A stretch of 64,000 nucleotides of DNA from Patescibacteria group bacterium. Its GTDB lineage: Bacteria > Patescibacteriota > Patescibacteriia > UBA2591 > UBA6264. Location of the stretch: the NCBI GenBank assembly GCA_021735685.1, contig JAIPGN010000003.1, positions 1,269-65,268 of the forward strand, written 5' to 3'. The notes under the pieces are model-generated. The model was not told the origin of the DNA, ran no database searches, and was given only the letters and a program-made list of their open reading frames with translations. Shown piece by piece: positions 18,115 through 28,519 of the stretch (its first letter is position 1; each line of letters begins with the position of its first letter). The translations under genes and the position numbers were made by a program.

Positions 18115-19254
18115 TTAGTAATAAAAAACTTGATAAATAATTCCTAAAAAGAAAACTAGATAAATTAAATAAGCGACAACTTGCGGAAGGCTAAATTTAA
18201 ATTCTGGCGTACGTAAACCCTTTTTCTTGGCCCGATAATAACAGACCACCAAAGCTATCCCCTGAATACCTGATAAAATTCCACCAGAAAAACTAATTAC
18301 TGCCACAAAACTTCTTACTCCTAAAAGAAAGATAAACAAGGGGGTAAAACAAGCTAAAGCCCAAGACAAAAATCTTGGGAAACGATAGTCGCGATGAAAA
18401 AATTCAATCAAAATATGACCCAGGGCTAAAAAAGAAGTAGAAATGGCTAAAAACCCAAAAAAATAACCAATCAAACCAATAATTCCCATTCCCGTCTCCT
18501 TCACTACTCCGATCATAGCCATTTCTGTAGTGAAAATGCCGGTCACTCCCACCACACTTATGCCAAAAATAATATAAATGAGGACGGGAACTGTTATTCC
18601 CAAAACAATAGCCTTTCTAAAAGAAGGAACATCGTCCTTTAATAAACGTCGCATTGTGGGCAAAGCAGTCGCTCCACCCAAGGCAAATAAAATAGCTCCA
18701 TAAGGAAAAAGAATATTAGACCAAGAAAAAGCAGTCAAATTTTGTACACTAATAAAGGAATAACTGAAACCAAAAATTAGGGCCACCACTAATATTAAGG
18801 TAAAGGCCATAAAAAGCTCTAGCTTACTAATAATGCTAATACCTTTAAACAACAAAATGCTAGCTACAGCCCAAAAAGCCAAAGACCAAAGAATTTCGCT
18901 TCCGCCCAAAAAAGGAGTAAAAATAGCCGACAAAAACTGCCCTGAACCAATAATATAAGCAACTAAAGAGCTCAACAAACCAAAAGATAAAGATAAGGTG
19001 ATTAAAAATTGCCATTTTTTCCCCAGATATTTACCAATATAACCAGACATTTCCATTTCTTCATCAGTCCGTAAAATAACCTCAGCGTAACAAAATTTAA
19101 CTAATAAAAAAATCACTCCCAAGAAAAGAAGCAAAAATATGCCGGGAATAAGCCCCGAACTGGCAAAAACATAAGGAAGGCCAAAAATGCCAGCCCCAAC
19201 TATTGTTCCAATTAAAATAGAGGTAGCTTGAATAAAATTTTTCCAATTTTTCAT
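18115..19254 (-). CDS. Aromatic amino acid / HAAAP-family permease
   Basis: GTIVGAGIFGLP; about 11 TM helices; AISTSFL. Confidence 0.85.
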   Translation of the reverse strand: MKNWKNFIQATSILIGTIVGAGIFGLPYVFASSGLIPGIFLLLFLGVIFLLVKFCYAEVILRTDEEMEMSGYIGKYLGKKWQFLITLSLSFGLLSSLVAYIIGSGQFLSAIFTPFLGGSEILWSLAFWAVASILLFKGISIISKLELFMAFTLILVVALIFGFSYSFISVQNLTAFSWSNILFPYGAILFALGGATALPTMRRLLKDDVPSFRKAIVLGITVPVLIYIIFGISVVGVTGIFTTEMAMIGVVKETGMGIIGLIGYFFGFLAISTSFLALGHILIEFFHRDYRFPRFLSWALACFTPLFIFLLGVRSFVAVISFSGGILSGIQGIALVVCYYRAKKKGLRTPEFKFSLPQVVAYLIYLVFFLGIIYQVFYY

Positions 19255-19255
19255 A

Positions 19256-20293
19256 TCAATTATCTAGCTCCGGCTTTTCTAAAAAATCATTTTCTATCTG
19301 GGCTTGCCGGCCGGTGATTTTTAAAACATCTTTATCTATTTTTTGAAGCTCACGACCCAAATTATTAAAATTGCCCACCGTTGCACTTAAATTACGACCT
19401 AATCTTTGCAGAAAAACATCAGTGGCTTTAATATGCTTAATTAAACCAGCAACATTCTTTTTAATCTCTCGCGCTGAATCTTCTATTTGTAAAGCGTTTA
19501 AACCTTGCACCACCATTTGTAAGTAAGCCAAAAAAGTAGTCGGAGAAACAATAATCACTTTTTTGTCTCGCAAAGCATATTCTACTAAACTAGAAGCCTC
19601 ACTTTTAATCGCTCCCACCTTTCCCACTAATAAGTCGTAATAAATGGCCTCAGAGGGAATAAACATAAAAGCGAACTCAAAAGTGTTTTTTTCAGGGCGA
19701 ACATATTTAGAAGTTTCCTCAATGCGTTTTTTAAGATCTTGTTGAAAAATTTTCTCTAATTGTTCTCTTCGGGAAGGGTTTTTTTCTTTAATTAAACGGC
19801 TGTAATTTTCTAAAGAAAATTTAGCGTCAATAGGAATTAAACGTTCTTTGATAAAAATAACTGCATCCACAATCAAACCTTTGCCATTTTCCTTATCTTC
19901 TTTACCTAAATTATACTGCATTTGATAAACGTCTGGAGGTAAAATGTTTTTGAGAACTGCCTCTAGACAGCTCTCCCCTAAAATACCTCGATGCTTAGGA
20001 TTTTGAAGAATATTTTGCAAATCCTGTAATTGAGAACCAAAGTCAACTATTTTCTGGTTAGTTTTATCTAATTTTCCCAATTTCTCTGCCACTTCTTGTA
20101 CAATTTTCACATTCTGACCCGATTGAGATTGAATGCTGTTCCTGATTTCTCCAATTTGGCTTTGAAGCATTAAAATTCCTTGTTCTGGTTTAGTTGATTG
20201 TCTCAACTCTCGCAAACTTTTCTTAAAATAAAAAAAAGAAAAAACACTCCCCAGAAATAAAAAAACAATTAAAATAATCAAAAAAGTAGTCAT
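19256..20293 (-). CDS. rmuC: DNA recombination protein RmuC
   Basis: TM plus coiled coil; RGILGE..LE; IDAKF; MFIPSEA; VSPTT. Confidence 0.9.
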   Translation of the reverse strand: MTTFLIILIVFLFLGSVFSFFYFKKSLRELRQSTKPEQGILMLQSQIGEIRNSIQSQSGQNVKIVQEVAEKLGKLDKTNQKIVDFGSQLQDLQNILQNPKHRGILGESCLEAVLKNILPPDVYQMQYNLGKEDKENGKGLIVDAVIFIKERLIPIDAKFSLENYSRLIKEKNPSRREQLEKIFQQDLKKRIEETSKYVRPEKNTFEFAFMFIPSEAIYYDLLVGKVGAIKSEASSLVEYALRDKKVIIVSPTTFLAYLQMVVQGLNALQIEDSAREIKKNVAGLIKHIKATDVFLQRLGRNLSATVGNFNNLGRELQKIDKDVLKITGRQAQIENDFLEKPELDN

Positions 20294-20305
20294 ATTATTA
20301 TAATA

Positions 20306-20497
20306 TCATTTTTGATGCCAAAAAGCAAACTCTCCAAGAAGCAAAAAAAAGCAACTAATCAGAGAAATAACAAAAATAATCCTCAAATCTAACCAAAAAG
20401 AAACAAAGCCAGGCTGAAAATCCTCCAACAAACAAAGCCCCAAGAAACAAATCAGGCTTATTATTAAAATATTGATAAGAATCTTTCTTAATATCAT
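20306..20497 (-). CDS. Small two-TM membrane protein
   Basis: 63 aa hydrophobic; LE...PGFVS; tight operon spacing. Confidence 0.6.
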   Translation of the reverse strand: MILRKILINILIISLICFLGLCLLEDFQPGFVSFWLDLRIIFVISLISCFFLLLGEFAFWHQK

Positions 20498-21108
20498 TAT
20501 TGTTTTTTAATTTTCTCTATTAAATAATCTTGTAAATCTTGCCAAAAATCTTGCCAATTAAAAGGTGGACGCGAAAGATGAACCGTAATTTCTTTAATCT
20601 TAATTTCGTGACGCGCTGCCGTTAAGCCCGGTGCGGAAATCATAAATTCCAAAGCATGATCGGTCAAATATTCTGCTCCTCCTTGAAACTTAACTTGAGC
20701 CCTTTGCCATTCTAAACTCGGCTCTTGCTTAACTTTTTTTAATTGAAATTCCCAATCCAAAGGGTTATGTTTTTTCTTCATTAAACCTAATTGCAAAGCT
20801 GAATGTTGATAATTTTGATAAACAATCTCTAATTCTATTTCGGAAAAAGTTCGCGGAACTTTTATTTTAAAATAAACTGGCTCTACAAAAATTCTCTGCC
20901 AACAATTTTCTTCTTGCCTTTCTATTCTTCCCACTCGGTCTTCGGGGTAAAGTTTAGAAATTAATCGGGAAGGTAAACAAAAATTACGATGAACTCTTAG
21001 CTCTCCTCGGACCACCAAATTTTGATAGAATAACCAACTTAATAAAATCAAAAAAAATACCCCTAAAATTAATCTCAATAATTTTATAATATTTTTTTCT
21101 GACACCAT
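20497..21108 (-). CDS. Hypothetical membrane-anchored extracytoplasmic protein
   Basis: N-terminal TM helix followed by a beta-rich region; in operon. Confidence 0.65.
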   Translation of the reverse strand: MVSEKNIIKLLRLILGVFFLILLSWLFYQNLVVRGELRVHRNFCLPSRLISKLYPEDRVGRIERQEENCWQRIFVEPVYFKIKVPRTFSEIELEIVYQNYQHSALQLGLMKKKHNPLDWEFQLKKVKQEPSLEWQRAQVKFQGGAEYLTDHALEFMISAPGLTAARHEIKIKEITVHLSRPPFNWQDFWQDLQDYLIEKIKKQ

Positions 21109-21114
21109 AAAAAA

Positions 21115-23388
21115 CTAAAAATTATTTTCTGGCCGGTAATGCCAAATCATCACTTCGCCCATTTGCTGACGAGGACCTAAAATCTGATCTAAAGAATCAA
21201 TGATTTCTTGCCGACGATCGAAAAAGACCCAACGTGCTTCCGTCATAAAATAACAACTTTTGGCACCAGTAACCTCTAAAGCTTTCTCTAAATAACGCAA
21301 AGAAGGGGCTTGATTCATATGATCAAACAATTGCACTCTTTCCGGCTGACGATACTCAAAATAATAAGGAAAACCACCTGTAATAATTTGTCGACCCGAA
21401 ACTCCTTCCAAAGCCAAAAGAGGCCAAGTGTTGGCCAAGACGCAATAAGAAATATTTTTTTGATTCGTGTTTTCTCTTTGATAAGCAGACCAAATATAAT
21501 GAGCTGCCTCTCGCTCATCTTGTGTTACCACTTGGAATTTGGGGCCAGAGGCATAAGCGCTCACTGAGATCAAAGCCAAAGAAAAAATCAAAACACCAAC
21601 AATAACTGTTCGACGAGAAGATAACCAAGAAAATAAACCCATGGCCAAAGGAAAAAAGAATAAAAAAGAAATTAACAAAACCAATCTTTTGGTAAAAAGA
21701 TGATTGCCTTCCATAAAAGAAGAAGCGATCATCTGATTAACCAGAAAAATAAACAAAGAAAGTATTAGCCAGAGAGCTAAACTTTTCCGAGAAGAACGCC
21801 AAGAAACAAAGATGCCCCGCAAAACCATTAAACAGACCAAAGGGCTTAAAAAAAGCCACCAAGGAATAATCTCTAAAAGAACAGAACGCGACAACACTTG
21901 TCGAGTTTGAGAATAAAGCCAACTGTCTTGTTCAAATTGATAAATTCGCGGAAAAATAGCTTCTTGGGAAAAAAACAAAGCCGAACCGAATCTCTGAAAA
22001 GCCTCCGAAATTCTCTCTCTGTTCAAATTCGATATTTTAAAAATAGAATAATCATGATGAGTATCCAAAAGAGGCATCAAGGCGAACCCTAAAATTAAAA
22101 TTAAAAAAATAATTAACAACCCCCTCTTCTTCCGAGGCGGATCAGAGAAATAAAAAAACCTTAAACCTTGAGCCAAAAAAATCATCACGAGAAAAGCGAA
22201 AAAATAAAGAATATAACTAAAATAAAGAAAAATTAAAAAAAGTGGCATTAATGTCCAAAATTTACGAGAAGAAATTTCTCCTTTTAAAAATTGACCTCCC
22301 CAAATCAATAAAAATATAAAAGGTAAAAAAGAAAAAGAAACCGGCACAGTGATGCTACCATAAATCTGAAAAGGGTAGAAAAGAAAAGGTAAAAACATAA
22401 CCAAATAAATAAATTCCTTTTTGCGAGAAAAGAACAAAGCCAATCTAGCTAATAAAAAAGGCAGGAAGAAAGAAAAAAGCAAAGCGCCCAAAATTAAATC
22501 AATATAAAAAACATCAATTCCGGTTAACCAAGAAAGGCTAATAGTTAAACCCCACATCTGAGCATAAGAAGTCTTATTGCCGGCCACTAAAACTTCAGGC
22601 ACTCTCCACGGGCCTATCGACAAATAAGATACTTCTGTTCCTCCTAAAGCTGGCTCATAAATGCGACCCTCCATCAACCATCTTTCCGCTCCAAGATGAC
22701 GCCACTTGTCTCCCCCAAAGCCAGCTTGATAAGGAATTAATAAATAAGCATGCAAAAGCAAAGAAGCTAAGATTATAATCAACAAAAATCTTTTTAATTT
22801 AATTTTACTCAAAATTAAAAAGCCGATAATCAAAACAATGATTAACCAGCCATAGAGATAAAAAGGATGAATCACTTCCCAGGGAGAACGAATATAGTTA
22901 CCCGTGCGGGCCCGGAACAACAAAAGAAAGCAAACGATTAATAAAAAGAAAAAAACAAAATAAACAATCTTAGGAACTCTAAAAGCAGAAGGATCGGGAA
23001 TTAATTTTAATTCTTTTTCGCTTTCTTTTTTTTGTATTTTAATCTTGTTCAAAAAAGAAAGAGCAAGAGTTAAAAAAATTAATATTCCGCCAAAAAAAAG
23101 CGGCGTTATTTTGTAAAAAGTAATTGGCAAAGCCGTTAAAAAAGCAATTAAATAAAGAAGGGCGAAAAGACCAAAAGCGGAAGAAAAAATTTTACCCTCT
23201 CCCCATTTTTGAAAAAAATGCGAGCACCAACAAAAATTTAAAAATAGATAAATCAAGGTAACCAACCAAAACAAAAAAAGACTTTGAATGGTTTGAAAAT
23301 TTAAATACCAAATTAAAACCGCACCAATGGCTAAAAAAGTAAAAAAGAAATTATGATTTTTTTTAATCTTATTAATTAAGAATTTCAT
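21115..23388 (-). CDS. Large polytopic membrane protein, possible GT-C-fold glycosyltransferase
   Basis: Many TM helices; GGDKWRH loop; C-terminal soluble domain; overlaps the upstream GT4 gene. Confidence 0.55.
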   Translation of the reverse strand: MKFLINKIKKNHNFFFTFLAIGAVLIWYLNFQTIQSLFLFWLVTLIYLFLNFCWCSHFFQKWGEGKIFSSAFGLFALLYLIAFLTALPITFYKITPLFFGGILIFLTLALSFLNKIKIQKKESEKELKLIPDPSAFRVPKIVYFVFFFLLIVCFLLLFRARTGNYIRSPWEVIHPFYLYGWLIIVLIIGFLILSKIKLKRFLLIIILASLLLHAYLLIPYQAGFGGDKWRHLGAERWLMEGRIYEPALGGTEVSYLSIGPWRVPEVLVAGNKTSYAQMWGLTISLSWLTGIDVFYIDLILGALLFSFFLPFLLARLALFFSRKKEFIYLVMFLPFLFYPFQIYGSITVPVSFSFLPFIFLLIWGGQFLKGEISSRKFWTLMPLFLIFLYFSYILYFFAFLVMIFLAQGLRFFYFSDPPRKKRGLLIIFLILILGFALMPLLDTHHDYSIFKISNLNRERISEAFQRFGSALFFSQEAIFPRIYQFEQDSWLYSQTRQVLSRSVLLEIIPWWLFLSPLVCLMVLRGIFVSWRSSRKSLALWLILSLFIFLVNQMIASSFMEGNHLFTKRLVLLISFLFFFPLAMGLFSWLSSRRTVIVGVLIFSLALISVSAYASGPKFQVVTQDEREAAHYIWSAYQRENTNQKNISYCVLANTWPLLALEGVSGRQIITGGFPYYFEYRQPERVQLFDHMNQAPSLRYLEKALEVTGAKSCYFMTEARWVFFDRRQEIIDSLDQILGPRQQMGEVMIWHYRPENNF

Positions 23389-24547
23389 AATAAAGCTTTT
23401 CTAAATTTTTTGTTATTTGAGGCCAATTATATTTTTCTTCCACCAATCTTTTGCTTTTTTCCCCTAAAGCCTTTCTTAAATTTTGATCCTTGATTAAAAT
23501 TTTAATTTTTTGAGCCAACTGTTGATCATTACCCTTAGGGAATAAAAAACCATTTCCTTCTACCAAAGAATTAGGTCCCGGTAAATCAGAAACAATAATT
23601 GGCTTAGCACTAGCCATAGCCTCTAATGAAACCAAGCCGAAAGCCTCAGAACTACTAATGGAAGGCAAAATAAAAACATCGGCCAATTGGTAATATTTCG
23701 GTAATAATTCGTCACTAATTCGCCCCGCAAAAATTATCTGACTAGAAGAGAGGCCCAATTTTTGACTTAATTGCTGATAATCCTTTCTTAAGTCACCATC
23801 CCCCACCAAAACCAAACAAGGACTTATTTCCCTCAGCTCTTTTCGGGCCAAAGCCTTTAACAAAACCGGAACTCCCTTGAAATAATGAGCTCGATCCAAA
23901 CCCCCCACAAAAAGTAAAACCGGCTTCCCTTTTTTAATTTGATGCTTTTTGAGTAGAGCATCATCTTTTTTCTGAGGAAAAAATCTTTGCTGATGTACAC
24001 CAAAGGGACTAATAATAAATTTATCTGAATAAATTTTGGCCCATTTTTTTAAAAACGAATTTTCTAAATAAGAAGACGAAGAAACTAAAATTTTCTGCGC
24101 CACTTTAACCATTTTTTTATTAAAAAAATAATTGTAAAGCTGAAAGATAAAACCCCGCCACCCTCGGTCAATTAAATCCATGTGATACTGAACTATTAAG
24201 CGAGATTTAATTGAAGAAGAGAAGAGTATTAATTCTCCAGTGCCGATAAAAGGCCAATGCAAATGAATAATATCGAAAGTTTCTAATTTTTTCCGTAAAC
24301 CAGACAAAAAGGCGGCATTACCAAAATGCCAAATTGGAACTAAACGCTCTACCCTAAAACCAAACATCTTCTCTTGGCTCTTTATTTCTTTCCGATATTG
24401 AGGAGTAAAAACAGTCACCCGATGACCTTGTCGAGCTAATTCTTTGGCTTGTTCTAGGCAAACATTCCCCATTCCTCCTTGATAAGGAGGAAAAGAGCAA
24501 ATGAGATGAGCGATTTTTAGTTTAGACAGATTATTTTGAAATGACAT
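23372..24547 (-). CDS. Glycosyltransferase family 4
   Basis: PPYQGG, FVGGL...KG, EAFGLVSLEAMA. Confidence 0.92.
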   Translation of the reverse strand: MSFQNNLSKLKIAHLICSFPPYQGGMGNVCLEQAKELARQGHRVTVFTPQYRKEIKSQEKMFGFRVERLVPIWHFGNAAFLSGLRKKLETFDIIHLHWPFIGTGELILFSSSIKSRLIVQYHMDLIDRGWRGFIFQLYNYFFNKKMVKVAQKILVSSSSYLENSFLKKWAKIYSDKFIISPFGVHQQRFFPQKKDDALLKKHQIKKGKPVLLFVGGLDRAHYFKGVPVLLKALARKELREISPCLVLVGDGDLRKDYQQLSQKLGLSSSQIIFAGRISDELLPKYYQLADVFILPSISSSEAFGLVSLEAMASAKPIIVSDLPGPNSLVEGNGFLFPKGNDQQLAQKIKILIKDQNLRKALGEKSKRLVEEKYNWPQITKNLEKLYYEILN

Positions 24548-24576
24548 ATTTAATATTAAAAACCAAAAAATATCAA

Positions 24577-25350
24577 TTAAGAATTAACCTCTACTCCGAT
24601 GGGGCAATGATCAGAAAGCATGACTTGAGGATATATATAGGCTTGGTGCAAATTCAAAGATGAAGCCAAAAAAAGAAAAACATAATCTATTCGCCAACCG
24701 ATATTTCTTTGACGAGCTTGAGCGAAATGAGACCACCAAGTATAATGACCCGGTTCTGAGTTTAATTCTCGCCAACTATCTTTAAACCCCAAATCTACTA
24801 ATTGATCAATTTTCTTTCTTTCGGCCGGAGTAAACATTGTATTTTTTTTATTAGCCTTTGGTCGAGCCAAGTCAATATCCTGATGAGCAACATTAAAATC
24901 GCCAGTCAAAATAATTGGCTTACCTTGAGAAATAATTTTTTTTAAATAATTAAAAAGACAATCATAAGCTTGAAGCTTGTAGTCCATATTCTCCTGCTTT
25001 CTTCCTCCATTAGGAAGATAAAGATTAATTAAAACAAAATCTTGATATTCAGCTTCCATAATCCGCCCCTCTTGGTCAAACTTTTCCCACCCCAAACTCT
25101 TTTTAACTGAAAGCGGTTTTTCTTTGACAAATAAAGCTGTGCCCGCATAACCCTTTTTTAAAGCAGGATTAAAATAAGTATAATATTTTTTCATATTCTT
25201 GACCGCAGAAGGAATTTGGTCTTCATAAGCCCGAATTTCCTGAAAACAGAAAATGTCAGCGGATTCTTTTTTGAGCCATCCCTGAAGACCTTTCCTCTCA
25301 GCAGCCCGAATACCATTTAAATTAAAAGAAATAATTTTTGTTTTTGACAT
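24577..25350 (-). CDS. xth: Exodeoxyribonuclease III / AP endonuclease
   Basis: SFNLNGIRA, QE, GYAG, EGR, GDFNVAH, YTWWS, GWRIDY, SDHCP. Confidence 0.95.
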   Translation of the reverse strand: MSKTKIISFNLNGIRAAERKGLQGWLKKESADIFCFQEIRAYEDQIPSAVKNMKKYYTYFNPALKKGYAGTALFVKEKPLSVKKSLGWEKFDQEGRIMEAEYQDFVLINLYLPNGGRKQENMDYKLQAYDCLFNYLKKIISQGKPIILTGDFNVAHQDIDLARPKANKKNTMFTPAERKKIDQLVDLGFKDSWRELNSEPGHYTWWSHFAQARQRNIGWRIDYVFLFLASSLNLHQAYIYPQVMLSDHCPIGVEVNS

Positions 25351-25356
25351 AAAAAT

Positions 25357-26223
25357 TTATTTTTGACAATAAGGGCAATAACGAGTCCCCCGCCCGCTTA
25401 CTTTAATTTTTTTAATTAAAGCTTGCCCGCATCTTAAACATTTCTCCCCTTCTCTTTGATAAACTTTCAAAAATTTAGAAAAATTACCTTGGCGCCCTTG
25501 AGAATCTCGATAATGATTAAAAGTGGTTCCTCGGTAATTAATTGCCTTTTGAAGAATTTTAAAAATAGCTTGATGTAATTTTTTAATTTCCGCAGGAACG
25601 AGAGTGTTAATTGAACGAGTCGGCTTAATTTTTGCCTGAAAAAGGCTTTCATCTACATAGATATTTCCTAAACCAGCAATGTATTCCTGATTCAAAAGAA
25701 AGGGCTTAATCTTACCTTTTCGTCCTTGAAGTAATTTTTGGAAATTGTTGATAGTAAATTCAGAGTCCAAGGGCTCTAAACCTAATCTTTCTTTAATTTT
25801 TTCCAAACTGGAGACTTTAATTATCTGCCAATAACCAAATTGACGTTGGTCGTTGTAGAATAATTGAGAATTATCTTGAAAATAAATAATAAGGTGAGTT
25901 TGAGAAGAAGGCAAACCAAAATCATTCTCAAGCTCACCATGACCTCCAGCAATAATTTTTTGATCTTGTTTATAAATTAATTGCCCCGTTAAACGTAAAT
26001 GAATCAAAAGATAAGATGAGGACGGTTGAGCTAATTTTATAACAATAAATTTGCCTTGCCGAAAAATATCAACAAAACAATTATTCTTGAGCGTTTTTTT
26101 AAACAAAGGGACTGAATCCTTAACAATCTTAAATAAACGAACATCCACTTCCTTAATCCTTTGATTAAGAAGGCTTTTTTTTAAATCTTGAACAATGGTT
26201 TCTACTTCTGGCAATTCTGGCAT
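25357..26223 (-). CDS. mutM: Formamidopyrimidine-DNA glycosylase
   Basis: MPELPEVET, GLGNIYVDE, C-terminal CxxC...CPYCQ zinc finger. Confidence 0.97.
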   Translation of the reverse strand: MPELPEVETIVQDLKKSLLNQRIKEVDVRLFKIVKDSVPLFKKTLKNNCFVDIFRQGKFIVIKLAQPSSSYLLIHLRLTGQLIYKQDQKIIAGGHGELENDFGLPSSQTHLIIYFQDNSQLFYNDQRQFGYWQIIKVSSLEKIKERLGLEPLDSEFTINNFQKLLQGRKGKIKPFLLNQEYIAGLGNIYVDESLFQAKIKPTRSINTLVPAEIKKLHQAIFKILQKAINYRGTTFNHYRDSQGRQGNFSKFLKVYQREGEKCLRCGQALIKKIKVSGRGTRYCPYCQK

Positions 26224-26266
26224 ATCTTTATTATAACAATTTTTTTCACTATCTTAAAGAACAAAA

Positions 26267-26295
26267 AGCCCTGGCCTTAAAAATTGACCAGGGCT
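26267..26295 (-). terminator. Terminator after hsp20
   Basis: AGCCCTGG...CCAGGGCT followed by a T-run on the minus strand. Confidence 0.6.
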
Positions 26296-26317
26296 AATTA
26301 AATTATAACTATAAGGC

Positions 26318-26743
26318 CTAAGATTTCTTTTTTGAGACTTGCACATCTATCTTCCTGGACTGAGATTCTTCCTCTTTGGGAATAACAATCTTTAATAATC
26401 CGTCTTCGTAATTGGCTTGAGCGTCTCCCTCTTTTACTTTGGCTGGCAAATTAATCGATCTTTGAAAATAACCAGAAGAAAACTCTTGGTGATAGTAGTT
26501 CTTCTTTTTTTCTTCTTTCTTGTCTTCTGACTTTCCTTCTATCTCTAAAACATTATTCTCAATGGTCACTTTAATATCTTCCGGGCTAAAACCAGGAATT
26601 TCCGCTTCTGCCACTATTTCTTTTTCCTTGTTTTCCAAATTAATTCTCGGAAATTTTTGCCAACGAGAAGGAATAACCGGAAAGAAATCATCTTCAAAAA
26701 AGTTATCTAATGACCTAAAAGGTTCAAAGGGAATAATAGCCAT
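26318..26743 (-). CDS. Small heat shock protein (Hsp20/alpha-crystallin)
   Basis: AEIPG, F.RSINLP, A.YEDGLLKIVIPK. Confidence 0.93.
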   Translation of the reverse strand: MAIIPFEPFRSLDNFFEDDFFPVIPSRWQKFPRINLENKEKEIVAEAEIPGFSPEDIKVTIENNVLEIEGKSEDKKEEKKKNYYHQEFSSGYFQRSINLPAKVKEGDAQANYEDGLLKIVIPKEEESQSRKIDVQVSKKKS

Positions 26744-26893
26744 AGGACAAATAAGTTAAAAACTAACAAAAAAACGACCTTTATTTAAAAAATAACAAAA
26801 AATAAAAAATCGTCAAGTTTAAAAATTAATTAATAGATCATAACCCACATATAAACTTTTATCTCTACTTCTTTTAATATCTTGCTTCAAAAG

Positions 26894-27445
26894 CTATATT
26901 TTAAAAGTCTCGCCATGTCCAGGATAAATCACCATCCCCGGCTTTAATAAACCTGATAACCTTTTCAAAGATTTCACAAGATCTCCATAAGGACCACCCA
27001 AAAGATCTGTTCGACCATAACCATCTTTGAACAAGGTGTCACCAGTAAAAATAAAATCCTCCCCTAATAAACAAATTCCACCTTTCGTATGTCCCGGCGT
27101 ATTAATAACATTCAAGGCATTATCCCCTACACTAATTTTGTCTCCCTCTTTTAAAAATCTATCTGCATCAAAATCAATAAAATCTTTTTCATTTTCGTGG
27201 ATCAAAATCTGAGCTCCTGTTTCTTCTTTTATTTTCTTGTTGGCCAAAACATGATCAAAGTGATAATGAGTGTTAATGATATATTTTGGTTTAACTTTTG
27301 CTTCTTTAATTTCTTTCAAAATTTTTTCAGCCTCATCTCCTGGATCAATAACAACAAGTTCGTTATTTGAAATAAATAAATAGCAATTTGTGTCTATTTC
27401 CCCGACAATTATTTGCCTAACAATGCCTGTTGATTCGTTCTTCAT
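26894..27445 (-). CDS. MBL-fold metallo-hydrolase (glyoxalase II-like)
   Basis: TNCY, IDPG, THYHFDH, TPGHT, FTGDTLF, PGHG; start moved to ATG 27445 to avoid overlap. Confidence 0.9.
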   Translation of the reverse strand: MKNESTGIVRQIIVGEIDTNCYLFISNNELVVIDPGDEAEKILKEIKEAKVKPKYIINTHYHFDHVLANKKIKEETGAQILIHENEKDFIDFDADRFLKEGDKISVGDNALNVINTPGHTKGGICLLGEDFIFTGDTLFKDGYGRTDLLGGPYGDLVKSLKRLSGLLKPGMVIYPGHGETFKI

Positions 27446-27455
27446 AAGCTTCTTT

Positions 27456-28514
27456 TTACCAAAAAATGAAAAAGTGAACAATTTTCCAATAAAAACCAAA
27501 TATAGGGTTAACTATATATTTAATCAGAGGGTGCTCAAATCCGGCAAAATCAAAATAACTATCTAACTTGTTAATTAATTCTCGGTCTTTAAATTGGCGA
27601 CTTTTCTGAATTTGACGTCTTTTTTTTAAAGTTTTAAAAAATTGCCCTCCTGAAGAAAAAATACTTTTTACTTTAGTTATAAACCAACCATCAAGTAGGC
27701 TATAAAAAAGAATTCCTAATTCCATTAAGAAAAAACAAGGTAAAATTAAAATTAAAGTCGGAATCTTAAAAAATTTGAGCAAAAAAAGAGGTCGATTTCT
27801 CTCGCTCCAAAACCAACGATTTCGAGAAATGGCCTCTGTGTATTTATGATAAACAAGAGCTTCGGGAAAAACCTTTAAAGAATATCCTAAAAACTTAGCC
27901 CGCCAACAAAGATCAGTGTCTTCGTGGTATAAAAATAAATCCTCATCCAATAATCCGGTTTTTTCTAAGACCGAACTTTTAATAAAAAGAGCAGCTCCGG
28001 AAAGATAAGCTGGCTCTTGATCTATTTTTTTAATTACTTCTGACTCGGCTTTATTCTTGTAATCACCAGAATAACCAAAGCCCAAAAAATGAAGACGATT
28101 GCCTGAAGTTTGAATCAACTGATCCTCAGGTGGCCAACAATTGATCAAGGGTTGAGCTGCAAAAAGATTATCTTCGCCCTGAGACTTTTTGGCTAAAATT
28201 TCTAAACAACGCGGATCACAAACCGTATCTTGATTCAACATAAAAATATAACCCGGCTTGTTCTCTAAAGCTTTTTTAATGCCTAGATTATTCCCACCAG
28301 CAAAACCTAGATTCTTTTCACTAATAATCAAAGTAGCTTCTGGAAAATTCTCCTGAATATAAGGCACTGAATCATCTTGAGAGTTGTTGTCTACAATTAC
28401 TATTTCTTGAGCAGGTAAAGTTTGAGCCTTTAGGCTGGCAAAAAGCTCAGGAAAATATTTTTGACCATTATAAGAAAGGATTATTACAGCGATTTTAACT
28501 GAAGGATCTTTCAT
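27456..28514 (-). CDS. Glycosyltransferase family 2 (rhamnosyltransferase-like)
   Basis: VDNNSQD, NLGFAGGNN, LNQD, LDEDLFLYHEDTDLCWR; start moved to ATG 28514. Confidence 0.9.
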   Translation of the reverse strand: MKDPSVKIAVIILSYNGQKYFPELFASLKAQTLPAQEIVIVDNNSQDDSVPYIQENFPEATLIISEKNLGFAGGNNLGIKKALENKPGYIFMLNQDTVCDPRCLEILAKKSQGEDNLFAAQPLINCWPPEDQLIQTSGNRLHFLGFGYSGDYKNKAESEVIKKIDQEPAYLSGAALFIKSSVLEKTGLLDEDLFLYHEDTDLCWRAKFLGYSLKVFPEALVYHKYTEAISRNRWFWSERNRPLFLLKFFKIPTLILILPCFFLMELGILFYSLLDGWFITKVKSIFSSGGQFFKTLKKRRQIQKSRQFKDRELINKLDSYFDFAGFEHPLIKYIVNPIFGFYWKIVHFFIFW

Positions 28515-28519
28515 AAAAA

